DNA from: Prorocentrum cordatum
Lineage: Eukaryota
DNA: 64,000 bases
NCBI GenBank assembly: GCA_963575745.1
Contig: CAUYUJ010000001.1
Location: 1,550,001 to 1,614,000, forward strand
Reading direction: 5' to 3'
Shown: one piece after another, positions 12,946-25,080 of the stretch
Layout: every line of letters starts with the position of its first letter
How positions within the stretch are numbered: position 1 is the first letter of the stretch
The notes under the pieces: generated by a model
Databases searched by the model: none
What the model saw: the letters and a program-made list of their open reading frames with translations, nothing else
Told to the model about the DNA's origin: nothing
Program-made: the position numbers and the translations under genes

Positions 12946-15036
12946 GCCGCAAAGGCTCGGCGAGGCGCCGTGGAGGAGGAGGCCGATCGCAGGGCTGGTG
13001 GTGACGCTGCTGCTGCTGGAGAGGAGAGGGAGGATGGGTGCAGAGTGGCAGGCGATGCCGAGCAGGCTGCGGAGGAGGTCGAGCGCAGGGATGCGGAGGA
13101 GGTCGAACGCAGGCTTGCGCAGGAGGGAGTCCTGGAAGCGGCCGGGCACAGTGCAGCGGAGGAGGCGGAGCGGCGGGCGGAGCGAAGGAGTGCGGAGGAA
13201 GAGCGCCGCAGGGCCGTTCTGGAGGCGCTGCGCAGGGCTGCGCAGCAGGCGCAGCGGTCCGCGGAGGAGGCGGAGCGGGCCGCGGAGGAGGCGGAGCGCA
13301 GGGCCGCAGAGCAGGCGCAGCGCAAGGCCGCGAAGAAGGCCGAGCGTGAGGTCGTGGAGGCAGCTCGGCGCACGGCGGCGGAGGAAGCGGGGCAGAGGGC
13401 AGCAGAGCGGGCTCGGAAGGCTGCAGGGGAAGCGCGGCGCAAGGCAGCGGAGGAGGCCGAGCGCAGAGCCGCGGCAGACGAGCGCAGAGCCGCAAAGGAG
13501 GCACTGCACAAGGCCGCCCAGCAGGCCGAGCGCAGGGCCGCAGAGGAGAAACACAAGGAGGAGCGGGCGGCAGCGGAGGACGCGCGGCACAGGGCTGCGG
13601 AAGAGGCGGGGCGCAGGGCCGAGGAGGCCTGCCAGCGGGCCACCGAGGAAGCACGGCGGCAGGCCGCAGAGGTGGCGCGGCACGGCACGGTGGAGCAGTC
13701 AGGTCTCGAGGCCGTCGGGAGTGCCGAGCGCGGGGCTGGGCAGAGAGGCGCCGAGGAGGCGACCGAGCCCAGGGGCGCCTGGGGGGAGGCGCGCGCTGCC
13801 CCGCGGGAGGTCGCGCTCATCTCGCGCATCCGGGAGCGCCAGCGCGCGGCCGCGACGCCGCCCGCAGCGGCGGCAAGGCGCAGCCGCTCGCCTCGCCCGC
13901 TGGGCAGCGGGATGGCGCCCCCGGCCGCCACGACGCCCGCCAGGCGCATCGCAGAGCTGGAGAGGGAGGTGGCGCTCTGGCGGTCCAGGGCGCGGACGGC
14001 GGGCCCCTGCGCGGTCCCGGCACCTTGGGGCGGCAGGGCGCTGAGCGTGTCGGCCTCGGCAGCCACGGCGCAGTGTCTTGCCATTGCCCCTGGGGCCACA
14101 GACAAAGCAGTGTCCTCCGAGGAGGTCGTCCAGCGCTCGTCGCCCCAGGCGGCCGCCTCGACCCCGGCAGCCGCAGCCACGGCCCGGGGGCCCGCCACGC
14201 GGCTGTCCACCGTGAGGGACGAGACCGAGCAGGCGGCGCAGGCAGAGCGGCCTATCCGCGTCAGCCCGCAACCCTCATTGGCTGGAGCGGCCGAAGGCTT
14301 GACATCGCCCCCTGCAGCGGCCTGCAAGTCGGCGCTAGCAGCGGTGCTGTCGCCTCTTGCCATCGGGGTGGGCAAAGGGACCCTGACCACGCAGGCCTCA
14401 CCCGACACCCCGGAAGCCGGAGCCACGGCCACGGCTGAAGGGCCAGCCGTAGACCCCAGAGTGCCAGACAGAGTCGACGTGGCGCAGCCCTCGCCCGCTG
14501 GCCTGGACGTCGAATTCGCGGCCGAGGCTGAAGCCTTGGGTGAGGTTGCCGGAGTGGCAGACGGACTCGAGATCGGGCAGACCTCGCCCGCTGGCCTGGA
14601 CGCGGAAGCTGCCACCACGGCTGAAGCACAAACCGCGGCCGACCAGGTGGCGGACGCACCTGGGCAGGCCCCGCACGCAGCCCCGGACGTCGTGCAGGCC
14701 TCGGGCCTGGCCGAGGCCCCCGCCGCTGCCGCTCCCCGGGCCACGGGCCGAGCCGAGGCGGGCCAGCCCTCGCCCGCTGCCCGGGCCAGCACCGCCTTGG
14801 CCGTTCCCGCCCTGGCCGGCGCGGCCGGGGCTCGGCGGGCGGCCCCCCGTGCCGCCGCCGCGGGCGGCGCGGGCAGGCCTCCGCGGGCGACTGCGCCGAG
14901 CAGGGGCGCGCGTCGCCGCCCCGCGGCCTCGGCCGGCTCGCAGCCCGTCCTCCACCCGCCAGGCAGCCCCGCGTACGAGTCCACCGTGATCACCACGCTG
15001 TGGCTGCTGCACCAGGCCTACTTCTCCCCGCGTTGA
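12946..15036 (+). CDS. Terminal exon of nested RING/helical-repeat gene
   Basis: Acceptor gtcAG|G, phase 0. Same EAERRAAEE repeat style, then RIAELEREVALWRSRA, an A/P/T-rich tail and the non-repetitive end TVITTLWLLHQAYFSPR*. Confidence 0.55.
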   Translation, partial: AAKARRGAVEEEADRRAGGDAAAAGEEREDGCRVAGDAEQAAEEVERRDAEEVERRLAQEGVLEAAGHSAAEEAERRAERRSAEEERRRAVLEALRRAAQQAQRSAEEAERAAEEAERRAAEQAQRKAAKKAEREVVEAARRTAAEEAGQRAAERARKAAGEARRKAAEEAERRAAADERRAAKEALHKAAQQAERRAAEEKHKEERAAAEDARHRAAEEAGRRAEEACQRATEEARRQAAEVARHGTVEQSGLEAVGSAERGAGQRGAEEATEPRGAWGEARAAPREVALISRIRERQRAAATPPAAAARRSRSPRPLGSGMAPPAATTPARRIAELEREVALWRSRARTAGPCAVPAPWGGRALSVSASAATAQCLAIAPGATDKAVSSEEVVQRSSPQAAASTPAAAATARGPATRLSTVRDETEQAAQAERPIRVSPQPSLAGAAEGLTSPPAAACKSALAAVLSPLAIGVGKGTLTTQASPDTPEAGATATAEGPAVDPRVPDRVDVAQPSPAGLDVEFAAEAEALGEVAGVADGLEIGQTSPAGLDAEAATTAEAQTAADQVADAPGQAPHAAPDVVQASGLAEAPAAAAPRATGRAEAGQPSPAARASTALAVPALAGAAGARRAAPRAAAAGGAGRPPRATAPSRGARRRPAASAGSQPVLHPPGSPAYESTVITTLWLLHQAYFSPR

Positions 15037-15754
15037 GGCGCGCGCACGCGCGAGGGCCCGAGACTCGCCGACGCCCCCGTGGAATTCGCCCACTCGCATG
15101 ACCGACTAATAAGAATGATAATCATAATGATACGAGTAAGGAGCATAATACTACTACTACGAAGAAGAATAATACTAATAAGAATTCTAACACTAAGCAT
15201 AATATATATATATATATATATATGAGGAGTAACAACCATAATGATGATCATACTAGCAAGAACCGTAGTAATAAGAATACTAATAAGAAGAAGGGGGGCA
15301 TGCTACGGTCGGCTTCCACCAGCAGGACATCGGGTCTGTCCTCATCTTCCTGACGCTCTTGCCTTCTCCTCTTGGCACTCCCCCCCTCCAAGCAGAGTGT
15401 TGCATGGCAAGGTGGGAAGGTGATGGAGCATTGGGAAATGGTGTCAGTCAGGCGGGGTCGTAACTCGAGGATCGACCGAGGGCGGGTGGAGCATGTGACT
15501 GGTCGATTGTACGTGCCCGAACTGGTACCCGCCTGGATCAGCTGGACTTGATGGGGGCGGGCGGGCAGGCTGCCAGATGCATGCCATAACGACGGTCAGA
15601 GTGCGCGGTGGGAGGCAAGGTAGCAAGCTTGAGCGCGGGGAAGAGTAATGACGAGGAGGCGGAGGGTGAGCAGAAGGAGGGTGGAAGTGATGAGAAGAGT
15701 GATGAGGAGGACGGTTAAGGCCGAATGAGCCAATGCGTAATTGCACAATCCCGC

Positions 15755-15930
15755 GGCGGGGATTCATGCATAACAAAACCGCCTGGCGGGGATCGATATT
15801 CGGGGGTCTCGGCAGGCGTAGGACATTGATGTACCTGGCCCCAGGGGGGCCCGAAGCTGTCCACATCCAACGCCTGCCGAGGTCCCCGAAGGTCGATCTC
15901 CCAGGCGGTTTTTGTAGACAAATCCCCGCC
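15755..15930. mobile_element. Palindromic MITE-like element family A, copy 2
   Basis: GGCGGGGATT..AAAACCGCCTGG..GATCGA..TTCGGGG..CTCGGCAGGCGT pairs with ACGCCTGCCGAG..CCCCGAA..TCGATC..CCAGGCGGTTTT..AATCCCCGCC. Confidence 0.75.
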
Positions 15931-16046
15931 TCGCAGCAAAGGGACAGGAACGTGGTGAGCCGTGGAGAGCGTTGTGGTGATGCTGCGGAGGCTGCGGCGG
16001 CGAAATGCGGAGAGCGGCGACAGCAGCAGCATGGGTGTGCGCCGAG

Positions 16047-16093
16047 GTTACCGCAGAGACTCGAACTCTCGACAGCGCCGCACAGCTCCTTCG
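16047..16093 (+). CDS. FAF2: Exon of FAF2-like gene (UBA-like domain)
   Basis: Acceptor ccgAG|G. Translates as VTAETRTLDSAAQLL(R). GT donor, phase 2, completing R-SCNW with the 25767 exon. Confidence 0.75.
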
Positions 16094-17684
16094 GTCATGC
16101 TTCACCCATCTCTGCCGTCCTGCTCTCGCTGCGCGTATGTCAGAGGAGGGGGAGGTAGCGATACCGGAACCCCTGCCTCGGTTTCACCTTTCTGGGCCTC
16201 CTGGGAGGCTCTCGTCGATGGAGCTGGACTCGCCTCGAAATTTGGTCAGAACGCATCCTGGGAGAGGTCTGGGGAGTATCGGTATCGGTGTCGCTTGGTT
16301 TCCCAGGAGGACAGCGCACCGTTTGGATTTACTTTTGGGTTGGCGCCCAAGCCCCGCGCGCAGTCCGGGCATGCCAGGGAACCCAGGGGCCTGGCATGAG
16401 AGCGTTGGCGAGTCGACCCCCCACGGACCATGGACCAGTGTGCCCGGAAGTGTTGAGCCAGCACGTGTATCCGCGAGGCGTTTGTGTACCTTCGAATGCG
16501 TGATCACGCATTGGCTCGAGCCCACGCTCCCGTGGGGAAGATGGTGAATTTACGAATACTTGTTCGGTGCAACAGTGCTCATGCTCCAGACGTGGAAAAG
16601 AGCAACCCGATAATGGCACCGACATGTTCCATGAGGTTGTTTTGGGGGGGCCGCGGAGCATGCTGGAATTGAGGAACGGAGTCTGGTCCAAGGAACCCCG
16701 GAAGGTTGGCATCGTTTTATCGTTCTATTGACGCTCACTGTCTCTCTCGTGTGCTTCTCCACGGCACTGCTGGCAAGGCCGTGCTCTCACTGATTCGCTG
16801 GAAATGCGCTTCTTGCAGAGAATCGTTTGTATGGTACTGCCCAGCCATACTAAACAGTTCCAGCTGTAATCATTCATCGAGCTGAGCACCTGTGGCGTTT
16901 GGTTCGACACGTACGTATCTGGCTGCAGTGTTCCAGTTGCTTAAGTCCAGCCGTGTAGTGTTTGCATTTGCAGCGGCTCGCTCGCAAGGCACCGCTTACA
17001 AAGGCAAGGGATCGCTTACCTTCAGGAATTGCTTCTCGAGGGTCAGTTTTCAGGACACTGTTTCGAATGAGTAGTGCTGGCTGTTGTTTCCAAAGCTTGA
17101 GAGACATACTCCAGCATTCTTCGGATGACATGTTTGAGTTTTCGACAATGTGTGATGCCAGATTGAGCCATTGGTAAGCAGGGTCATCTACACTCGCCGC
17201 TGTTTTTCGCATGAAAGACGTGCTGCGCAGTTTGTGCTTCTTCCGCGAGCACGATGCGAAGGCTACTGCGTAGCCCGCATCCTGTTCAGTACTCTGTGGA
17301 GTGCGCGTGTTGCATCTGTGGTGCGGGGGCGTGCTATGCAAATCGGTGTTGCGGTTTTGGGCCATCGGCCGACGCTTCGCGTATCATCACTTGCCCATAC
17401 AGAAGCGATCCCCAGGCGAGTTGTCGTGACCAGGGACGTGTGTAGGCATACAGTGTCACAAAGAGGGGGTGCCGCCGCCGCATCACCTTCACGTTGCCAC
17501 TGTTTCTTCTGGCAGGTGTGTAGATGAGGCAACGTGTGTGTGTGTGTGTGCGGGTGCGTGCGTGTGTGTGCGTGCGTGCGTGCGTGCGTGTGTGTGTGTG
17601 TGTGTGTGCGCGTGAATCACGGCCGCATACCCCGACGACAAATTTCACCTTGGAAGGCAGAAGACTATACACAGCGCATTATAT

Positions 17685-18343
17685 TACGTAACACCCCGCA
17701 GTTGCGGATAAGAGTGAGGGGGGTGCGAGGACGTCCTCAGTCTGCGAGGCTCTGGAGAAGCCCGCCGCAGGCGCCTAGCTTTTACACATTATGTATTGGG
17801 CCCGCCGCAGGCGCCGATTTTTTCGTTAAAGCATTGTTGGTGAATCGCGGGGTGGGGCGCGGGTGGGTCGTGGGTGGGTTGCGGGTGGGTCGCGCATGGG
17901 TCGCGGGTGGGTTGCGGGTGGGTCGCGGGGTGGGTCGCGGGTGGGTCGCGGGTGGGTCGCGGGGTGGGTCGCGGGGTGTGTCGCGGGGTGGGTCGCGGGG
18001 TGGGTCGCCGGGTGGGTCGCGTGGTGGGTCGCAGGGTGGGTCGCGGGGTGGGTTGCAGGGTGGGTCGCGCGGTGGGTCGCGGGTGGGTTGCGGGTGGGTT
18101 GCGGGTGGGTCGCGCATGGGTCGCGGGTGGGTCGCGGGCTGGGTCGCGGAGTGGGTCAGGGGGTGGGTCGCGGGGTGGGTCGCGGGGTGGGCCGCGGGTG
18201 GGTCGCGGGGTGGGTAGCAGGGGGGACGACGGCAACAACAAACAACAACAATGCAACAAGCAGAATCCTCACCACGGATCCCCACTAGAGCCACGCACCC
18301 AGGGACAATGAATGACCGTTCGGCCCCCTCATTCTGACAATAT
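17685..18343 (+). mobile_element. Non-autonomous element with internal (GGGTCGCGGGGT)n satellite, copy 1
   Basis: The conserved head TACGTA.CAC.CCGCAGTTGCGGATAAGAGTGAGGGGG and tail AATCCTCACCACGGATCCCA..CCCCCTCA.TC.GACAATAT are shared with 35411-38112. Confidence 0.8.
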
Positions 18344-18344
18344 A

Positions 18345-19050
18345 TGTACGGGAGCGAGCACTACAGCACGAAATTCCGCACGGGAGACTTGATGGGAGAC
18401 CATATGGGAGGCCAAATACATATTATTGGAGATCACATGGAGGACCATATAACAGACCAAACAGGAGACGATGCGGAACCACTTACGGGAAACCATGCAG
18501 GAGACCGTACGGGAGACCATGTCGGAGACCATATTGGAGGCCATACAACATGCGGGAGGCCGCATGGGAGGCCATATATGATAGCATACGGGAGACCATA
18601 AGGGAGGCCATAATGCACACGAGAGCACACTGGAGACAATATGGGAGACCGTACAAGAGACCACACAGGAGAAGATACGGAAGACCTCACGGGTGACAAT
18701 GCAGAAAGCCATACGGGAGACCATGCGCGAGACCGTGTGGGAGACCGCACAGGAGACCATGAAGGATATCATATTTGACACCGAGATTATGTGCGAGAGA
18801 CCGTGCGGGAGACGACGAGGTAGAGCATACGGCAGACCACGGGAGACCGTCTCTGGAGACAGCGTAATGATATCATAAGGACCGCACAGGCGACCATGCG
18901 AGAGATCATGCGGGCGACCCCGCGGGACACCCTGCGGGAGACCATGCGGGAGATCGCACGGGAGATCACACGGGAGATCATACGGGAACACACTAGATAC
19001 CATACAGGAGACCATGCGGGAGACCGCAAGACCATGCGGGAGACCACAGA
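18345..19050. repeat. Degenerate 12-bp satellite (GGGAGACCATGC)n
   Basis: Direct reading. Confidence 0.85.
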
Positions 19051-19264
19051 TTTCCGATCTCAGACTTTGGGAGCACGCTCCTCTGCTTGCCTTAGACTGC
19101 GATTCTTGGGCAGCGTGGGCCCCGATCCGTGTGGTTTGGGTGATTTTTATGTGGTGCCATCTATGTGATGCAGTCCACTTTGACCGTCTTGAAGCTGTCC
19201 TCTCCACTGCTCGTGCAAACATCCCACCCACCCACCCGCAACTTGGTTTGCAAAACCTCTCAAG

Positions 19265-19790
19265 ACCGACTACGACGACACCGACGACAACGACTAGGAC
19301 GACACCGACGACGTTTCCGACGACTTCGACGACGACAACGACGCCGACGACGACGAAGACGACGACGACGACGCCAACGAAGGCGACGACGAGGGAGGAG
19401 GAAGGACGACGCCGGCGACAACGACGACAACGACGACAACGACGAGGGAGGAGGGAGGACGGCGACGACGCGAACGACGACGAAGGAGGAAGGACGGCGA
19501 CGCCGACGACGACAACGACGAGGGAGGAGGGAAGACGACGACGACAACGACGACGACGACGGCGACGAAATAGGAGGGACGACGACGAGACGCCGACGAC
19601 GGACGACGACGACGATGTGGGAGGAGGAGGACGGACGACCACGGCGACAACGACGACGGAAACGACCACGACGCCAAAGAGGACGACGACAACGAACACG
19701 AGAAAAGACAGAGGACGACGTAGGCGACGACGACGACGACGACGACGACGCGGGAGGAGGGAGGACGGCGACGACGACGACGACGCAAGA
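19265..19790. repeat. (GAC)n-rich microsatellite with higher-order units
   Basis: Direct reading. Confidence 0.9.
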
Positions 19791-20682
19791 GCGCGCGCGC
19801 ACGCTTTTGTTGAAAATCCGTGTTGCGAAACCCTGGGTTGTTGTAGGTTTTTTGGACGCACGATTTGAAATCCTTCCGAAACCGATGGGTTTTGAAGGTT
19901 TCCGGCGTACGCCCGCGACGACGCGCGCGTTTGCACTTCGTCCAATTTTTTGCAGAGGATTCTCGCGACGGCACACGCGCAAGTGCGTTCGACAGATTTC
20001 GACATGCGCGCGGGAAGCCCTTTTGGTAGCATTTTGTGAAAATCTTGAAAAACCGATGGTTTTCTTAAGATTTCGCAAGAGCTCGCGCGGAAGCTTTTTT
20101 AGCAAACCAGTGTTGCGAAACCATCTGTTTCTGTATGTTTTTGGGGAACTCGATTGCGAAATCCTTCCGGCACCGAAGGTTTTAGAAGGATTTCGGCATG
20201 CGCGCGCGACGACGCGCGCGTGCGCACTTCATCTTATTTTTTGCAAGGGATTCGTGGAAAAGTGCTATGTTAGAGCAAACAGTGTCACCGCATAGTGTTT
20301 TTTTAACAAGGGAACCTCGGGGGGGGAACCCGGCCTAGCTGGGATGGTATGATTTCATATTTAGGATGGACGAGTGTGCAGAAAATATATGAAATCATAC
20401 TATCCCAGGGAGGGCCGATAAGTCCAGGGGGGGGGTAGAGTTTATTCTCTTTTTAGAAAAAGAGAATCCATGTGGTGCAATTGACCGCACTGCACCGCGC
20501 GTGACCACCTCCCATGCTCGTGCAGACATCCCACCCTTCCACCCGCAGCTTGGCTGGCAGAACTCAAACTGAGGCAACGCCTGCAGGCCCGATGAGCCCC
20601 CAACTGCTCGGCCGCGCCGCGCTGAAGGAGCTCATGCTTCGAGACGTGCGGGTGAGATCCTGGCGGCCCCGAAACGACCCCT

Positions 20683-20836
20683 GGGCGATAGGGTTATAGG
20701 ACTAGAGGGCTATAGGGCTATCAGGGCGATTGGGTTATGGGGTTATAGGAAGACAGGGCTACAGGGCTATTCGGGCGATTGGGCTATAGGGTTATAGGGC
20801 TATAGGGCTCTTAGGGCTATGGGGCTATAGGGCTAT
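20683..20836. repeat. 9-bp satellite (GGGCTATAG/GGGTTATAG)n
   Basis: Direct reading. Confidence 0.85.
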
Positions 20837-21321
20837 TGAGCTCATGCCCCCAGCCTCCTCATGCACTCCTCCGGAGCTCCAGTGAGGCGCCTGCGAGGCG
20901 CCCCAGACGCTGAGGGCCAGCTCCCGACGGGCTCGGGGCACGGCAGGACGGGCTCCTGGAGTGCAAGCACTGCCTTGGGAGTGCGGGCTATTCACGAGAC
21001 CTCGGGTACGGACACCTGGCTCCTGAAGGCCCCCGCGAACCACGGAACGGAGCTCTGGAGAGGCTTGCCCCCCCCCCTCCGTCCGAGGAAGGCGGAGCGC
21101 TTGAAGGTTGTTGTTCAACGAGGGGCTTGGGGTTCACCGTGCTCCGTCCTTGAAGGCCTGGGACGGGCGGTGCGTATACCGCTTACGCCACCGTCCCGTC
21201 CTCAAGAGAAAAAAAAGCAGGCACCCCCTCTTGAGGCAAAAAGGACCCTCGCAGGATGCCTGTGCCTCCTGAACTCCAGGGGGCTCTTCCGGCGTGCTCG
21301 GCAGCGCGTGGAGGAGTGAGG

Positions 21322-21490
21322 ATTGGGAGTCCCGCAACGGTGCGGTGACAGACCGTGCGGTGACCCTCGGGGTCGTTCTTCGAGGACGTCTCGGGCGACT
21401 GGGGCCTCCGGGGTCCCAAAACCGCGCGGTGACCCCGAATCCCCACCGACTCGCCGCACGGTGTGGTCACCACCCCGTTTGAGGGCCCCC
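21322..21490. mobile_element. MITE-like family C, related to 51655-51867
   Basis: ATTGGG.GTCCC..CGGTGCGGTGACAGACCGTGCGGTGACC recurs inverted at ~51825-51867. The shared core CTCGGGCG.CTGGGGCCTCCGGGGTC.CAAAACC occurs in both. Confidence 0.6.
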
Positions 21491-21794
21491 GGGAGGAGGG
21501 AGGAGGCTTCCCTGCGCGTGGCGAGGAAGCCGCGCGGGGTGGCCGCGCGGTGCCGAGCGCCGGCGCGGCGCCCGCCGCGCCTCGCCGGCCCTGGCGGGGC
21601 GCCTTCCGCCGGCCTCCGCGCGGGCGTCGCAGAGTGGAGCTGCGAGGGGAGAGGAGGGAAGTCAAGCAGTGGCGAAGCGTCCTGGCGTGCCGATGGGCCT
21701 ACCAAGCAATGCTCTAGGAATTGTTTGTGGTTTCGGCGAAATGTTCTTAGGGCATTTCTGGCTGGAGCTGTCTTGTTTCAACACATCGGATCAC

Positions 21795-21938
21795 CGAGCG
21801 CGTTCCACTACTCGCAAAGTGCCTACTCGCAAACGTCAGAAAAAAGTCTGCTTTGATGTATGTAATTTGCCGTAGATCCCCCGCGGGAGATCCAAGCCAC
21901 TTGCGAGTAGATACTTTGCGAGTAGTGGAACGCGCTCG
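21795..21938. mobile_element. 144-bp MITE-like element with 38-bp near-perfect TIRs
   Basis: CGAGCGCGTTCCACTACTCGCAAAGTGCCTACTCGCAA ... TTGCGAGTAGATACTTTGCGAGTAGTGGAACGCGCTCG (2 mismatches). Confidence 0.8.
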
Positions 21939-22984
21939 TCTAGAGGAGGGAAGGGAACGACAGCAGAGAAGGGATGAGGGAGGAAGGGAGGAAGGGAGGA
22001 ACGGAGAGCCACGCGGAGGGAGAGAGGGCGAGGGCAAGAAGAGGCTAAGCGAGAGAGAGAGAGAGAAGAGGGAGCAGGAATGGACTTGGAAAGGGGCAGG
22101 GAGACAGAAGGGAGGACGGAGGATGAAATAGGATTCAAACAGGAGGGAAAGGAAGGAAGGGAGCTACAGCGGAGAAGGGAGGAGGGAGGAGGCTGGAACG
22201 CGCAGGGGGAAGAGGAGAGAGGCGTCAGGATCAGAAGGGTGGCCCCTCAATTCCCCGCAGGGGAGTGGCGCGCAAGGAACAAAGGAGTTCCCCCTCAACT
22301 CCCCACAGGGGAGTGACGCGCATGCGGCCCGCATGGTATTTTGGGATCAGGCTTCGTCCCAGAGGCTCCTCCTTCGAGCCCCGCATGCGCGCCGAGTGGT
22401 ATTGCTCGACAGGGGCTCGCGCCACAAGCTCATCATCGATTAACGCATGTGCCCCGCATGGTATTATTCGACAAGGACCATGCCTCTGGCAAGCGGCGAG
22501 TGTGTTGGAATAAATTCGACGTGGGCGCGAAGGCCTGAGTGAACAGGAAAGTTGAACAAATATTGATCTTCGTCTGAATCCCCAAGAGCGCGGGGGATAA
22601 ACATTTGAACGCTTGTTGGGAAAACTATTGGGTTTTTGATGTTTGTATGTTGAGCTCGCTACGAACACAACGGTTTTGGACGGGCTTCGTTTTGCGCGCG
22701 TGCATGTGGTTCGCATGGCATTGTTTGATTGGGAACCGTGCCGCGAGCTCATCTTAGATCAACTCGTGGTCACCGCACGGTCTAAGTTTGACTGTTATGA
22801 CGGGGGGATCGAGACAGGTTTGGCTGGGATGGTATGAGTCGGGGTTGTATGAATTCATGTGTAAAATGAACGAGGAGACATGATCATGTGTAAACAGCAA
22901 TACCCCAGGGGGCGGTGATACGTCAGGGGGGGTGATGGGGGTAGTTTTTTTTTCAAGGAGAGATAGTTCATTGCGAAAAACGTG

Positions 22985-24830
22985 GGGTTGTCAATTCCAC
23001 TGCTCGCGCAGTCATCCCACCCGCCCATCCGCAACTAGGTTTGCAAAACCCATGCGGTGGCGATTGCGATGACTGCTGGGTTACCAAGCATTGGTATTGG
23101 GTGATGCATCTCTGCGGCCGCGCTCGCCCGCGCATGTTCGCGAGAACCGCGGCCAGCTAGTTTGGCGCGACCGACGCGTCCGCGGTGGCGCTGACCGCTT
23201 GGGCAGGCGCGGTATCGTGGCGACGACGACACGGTAGACACGATGATGATTGTAGCGGTGATACTGCCGATGATTTCGTTGACGACAATAAGGCTAATGA
23301 CGGCGCCGATGTTGCTCACTCTGGTGACGATTACGGTGTCCCCGCGTGGGAAATTAAGGTTTTGGAAGGAGTTCGACATGCGCGCGAGGCCGAGGCGCGC
23401 GAGTGGCCCGTATGGTTTTATTTTGTAGGTTTCGTACCCCCTCCGGCACGCGCGCAAGGACGTTGTAGTGATTTTGCCATGCGGCGCGGGGGGGGGCGCT
23501 TGGTTGAATGTGATGACAATTCAGAAATAACTTATGGTTATGTGCAGAATTCGCAAACACGCGCGCAGGAATTTGTTGGAACACTGAAGCTTCAAATCCC
23601 GGTGTGTTTCACATGTCATCGGGACGCTCGAATTTTACGAAACTTAGGGTTTTGAAGGATTCCGGCATGCGCGCGTGACGACGCGCGCGTGTGCACGTCG
23701 TCTTTTTTTTTGGGTTCAAGGGATGGGATTCTTGCGACAGCACGCGCGCAAGGGCGTTCGAATGATTGCGACATGCGCGCGCGAAAGGCATTTTTGGTAG
23801 TTTTTGATGATGATGTTGAGAAGCTCTCGTTTTTATAGGAATTCGCAAGAACGCGAGCGCAGACTTGTTTGGAAACTCTTGTGGCGAAACCAGATTTGTC
23901 TATAACAGAACAGGGCACTCACATTTGAATCTCCTGCGAAGCCTAAGGTGTTTGAAGATTTTCGGTATGCGCGCGCAACGACGCCCGCGCGTGCACTTGA
24001 TTCCGTTGTTTGAAAGGGGCGCCTGGAAATTAATGGTCTTTGATAAATGAGAGTGTGCGTACTATTTGTGGAGGGGGTGGAAGGGGGGGGGGACTAAGGG
24101 ACTTCCTGGGATGGTACGGTTTGATTTTTGGAACGGACGATGTGACAGCACCACATGGCAAATGCAATGCAAAAAGGCGCACCGGGGTAAATCCTCATAC
24201 CGTGAGAAGCGGGAATCCATGTTGATCAGTTTTTGTGGTGCAATTCTTGCGGTGCAGAGTCAGTTGTGCAATCCTTTTTGTCCTGCCTACGATATGCCGT
24301 GTAGGCTGTGTACTCTATGCGGTGCAAGCAACGTAGTGCAATCTATGCGGTGCGAATAATTTTGGGGAGCTGGGTGTTGTCAATTCCACTTTTCGCGCAA
24401 TCATCCACCCACTCATTTGTGAGGTGGTTTGCAAAACCTGTGCGGCGGTGATTGATGAGTGCTTGGTGGTAGTGCGCAACTGCGGCCACGCTAGTCCGCG
24501 CGCGCTCGCGCGCACAGCGGCCAGTTTGTTTGGCGCGGCCGACGCGTCCGCGGTGGCGCTGGCCGCTGGGCATTTCTCCGCGGTCATGCATTCCACTGCA
24601 AGTCGGTGACTTGGGCGTGCGCGGTATCGTGGCGACGTCAACAACGAGAGACGCGACGCTAATAGTAGCGATCGTGGTTGCGAGGATGTCGCTGACGACT
24701 GCAATTCCAATGACGGCACCGATGCTGCTCACGCCGATGACGATGACGGTGTCCCCGCGTGGGTCAGAACAAATGTTTTGGACGGAGTTCGACATGCGCG
24801 CGCGGCCGACGCGCGAGAGTAGCCCGCACT
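22985..24830 (+). repeat. Diverged ~430-bp direct duplication (22985-23420 vs 24375-24830) in a compound repeat family also seen at 19170-20570
   Basis: Shared GTTGTCAATTCCAC..GGTTTGCAAAACC..GACGCGTCCGCGGTGGCGCTG..GGTGTCCCCGCGTGGG..GGAGTTCGACATGCGCGCG. Confidence 0.8.
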
Positions 24831-25080
24831 GTCTTGTTTGACACGGAGTGTGCCCTCTCAAACGGGGGTCAGCCAGGGCACAGGATCCTGCAGGATCCTG
24901 CGAAGACTCTCTCTGGCTGACCCGGGTTAGCGAACGAGGCGGCCGCGCATATTGGTTGACCCGGGTTTGCGAAGACCTGCGTTGCAGTTTTTTGTCCTGC
25001 GTTGCAGCTTTTCGGTTTCCTGCTGACCCGGGTCTGGATTGATTCGTGTCAGAAGATCCCCGATTGCGATGATTTCGACA

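Noticed and set aside
8532..14996. Long minus-strand Leu/Ser/Ala-rich ORFs
   Set aside because: They are antisense shadows of the GC-rich EAERR repeat exons.
16010..16128. Inverted repeats flanking host exons as an exon-definition signal
   Set aside because: Plausible only around the 16047 exon; matches at the other exons are no better than expected in GC-rich DNA.
16550..17365. Minus-strand ORFs as a 2OG-Fe(II) oxygenase-like or TE fragment
   Set aside because: Only a faint PHGT..R..LF resemblance, with no other motifs recognisable.
20683..20836. Interstitial telomere
   Set aside because: The unit is a 9-mer (GGGC/TTATAG), not TTTAGGG.
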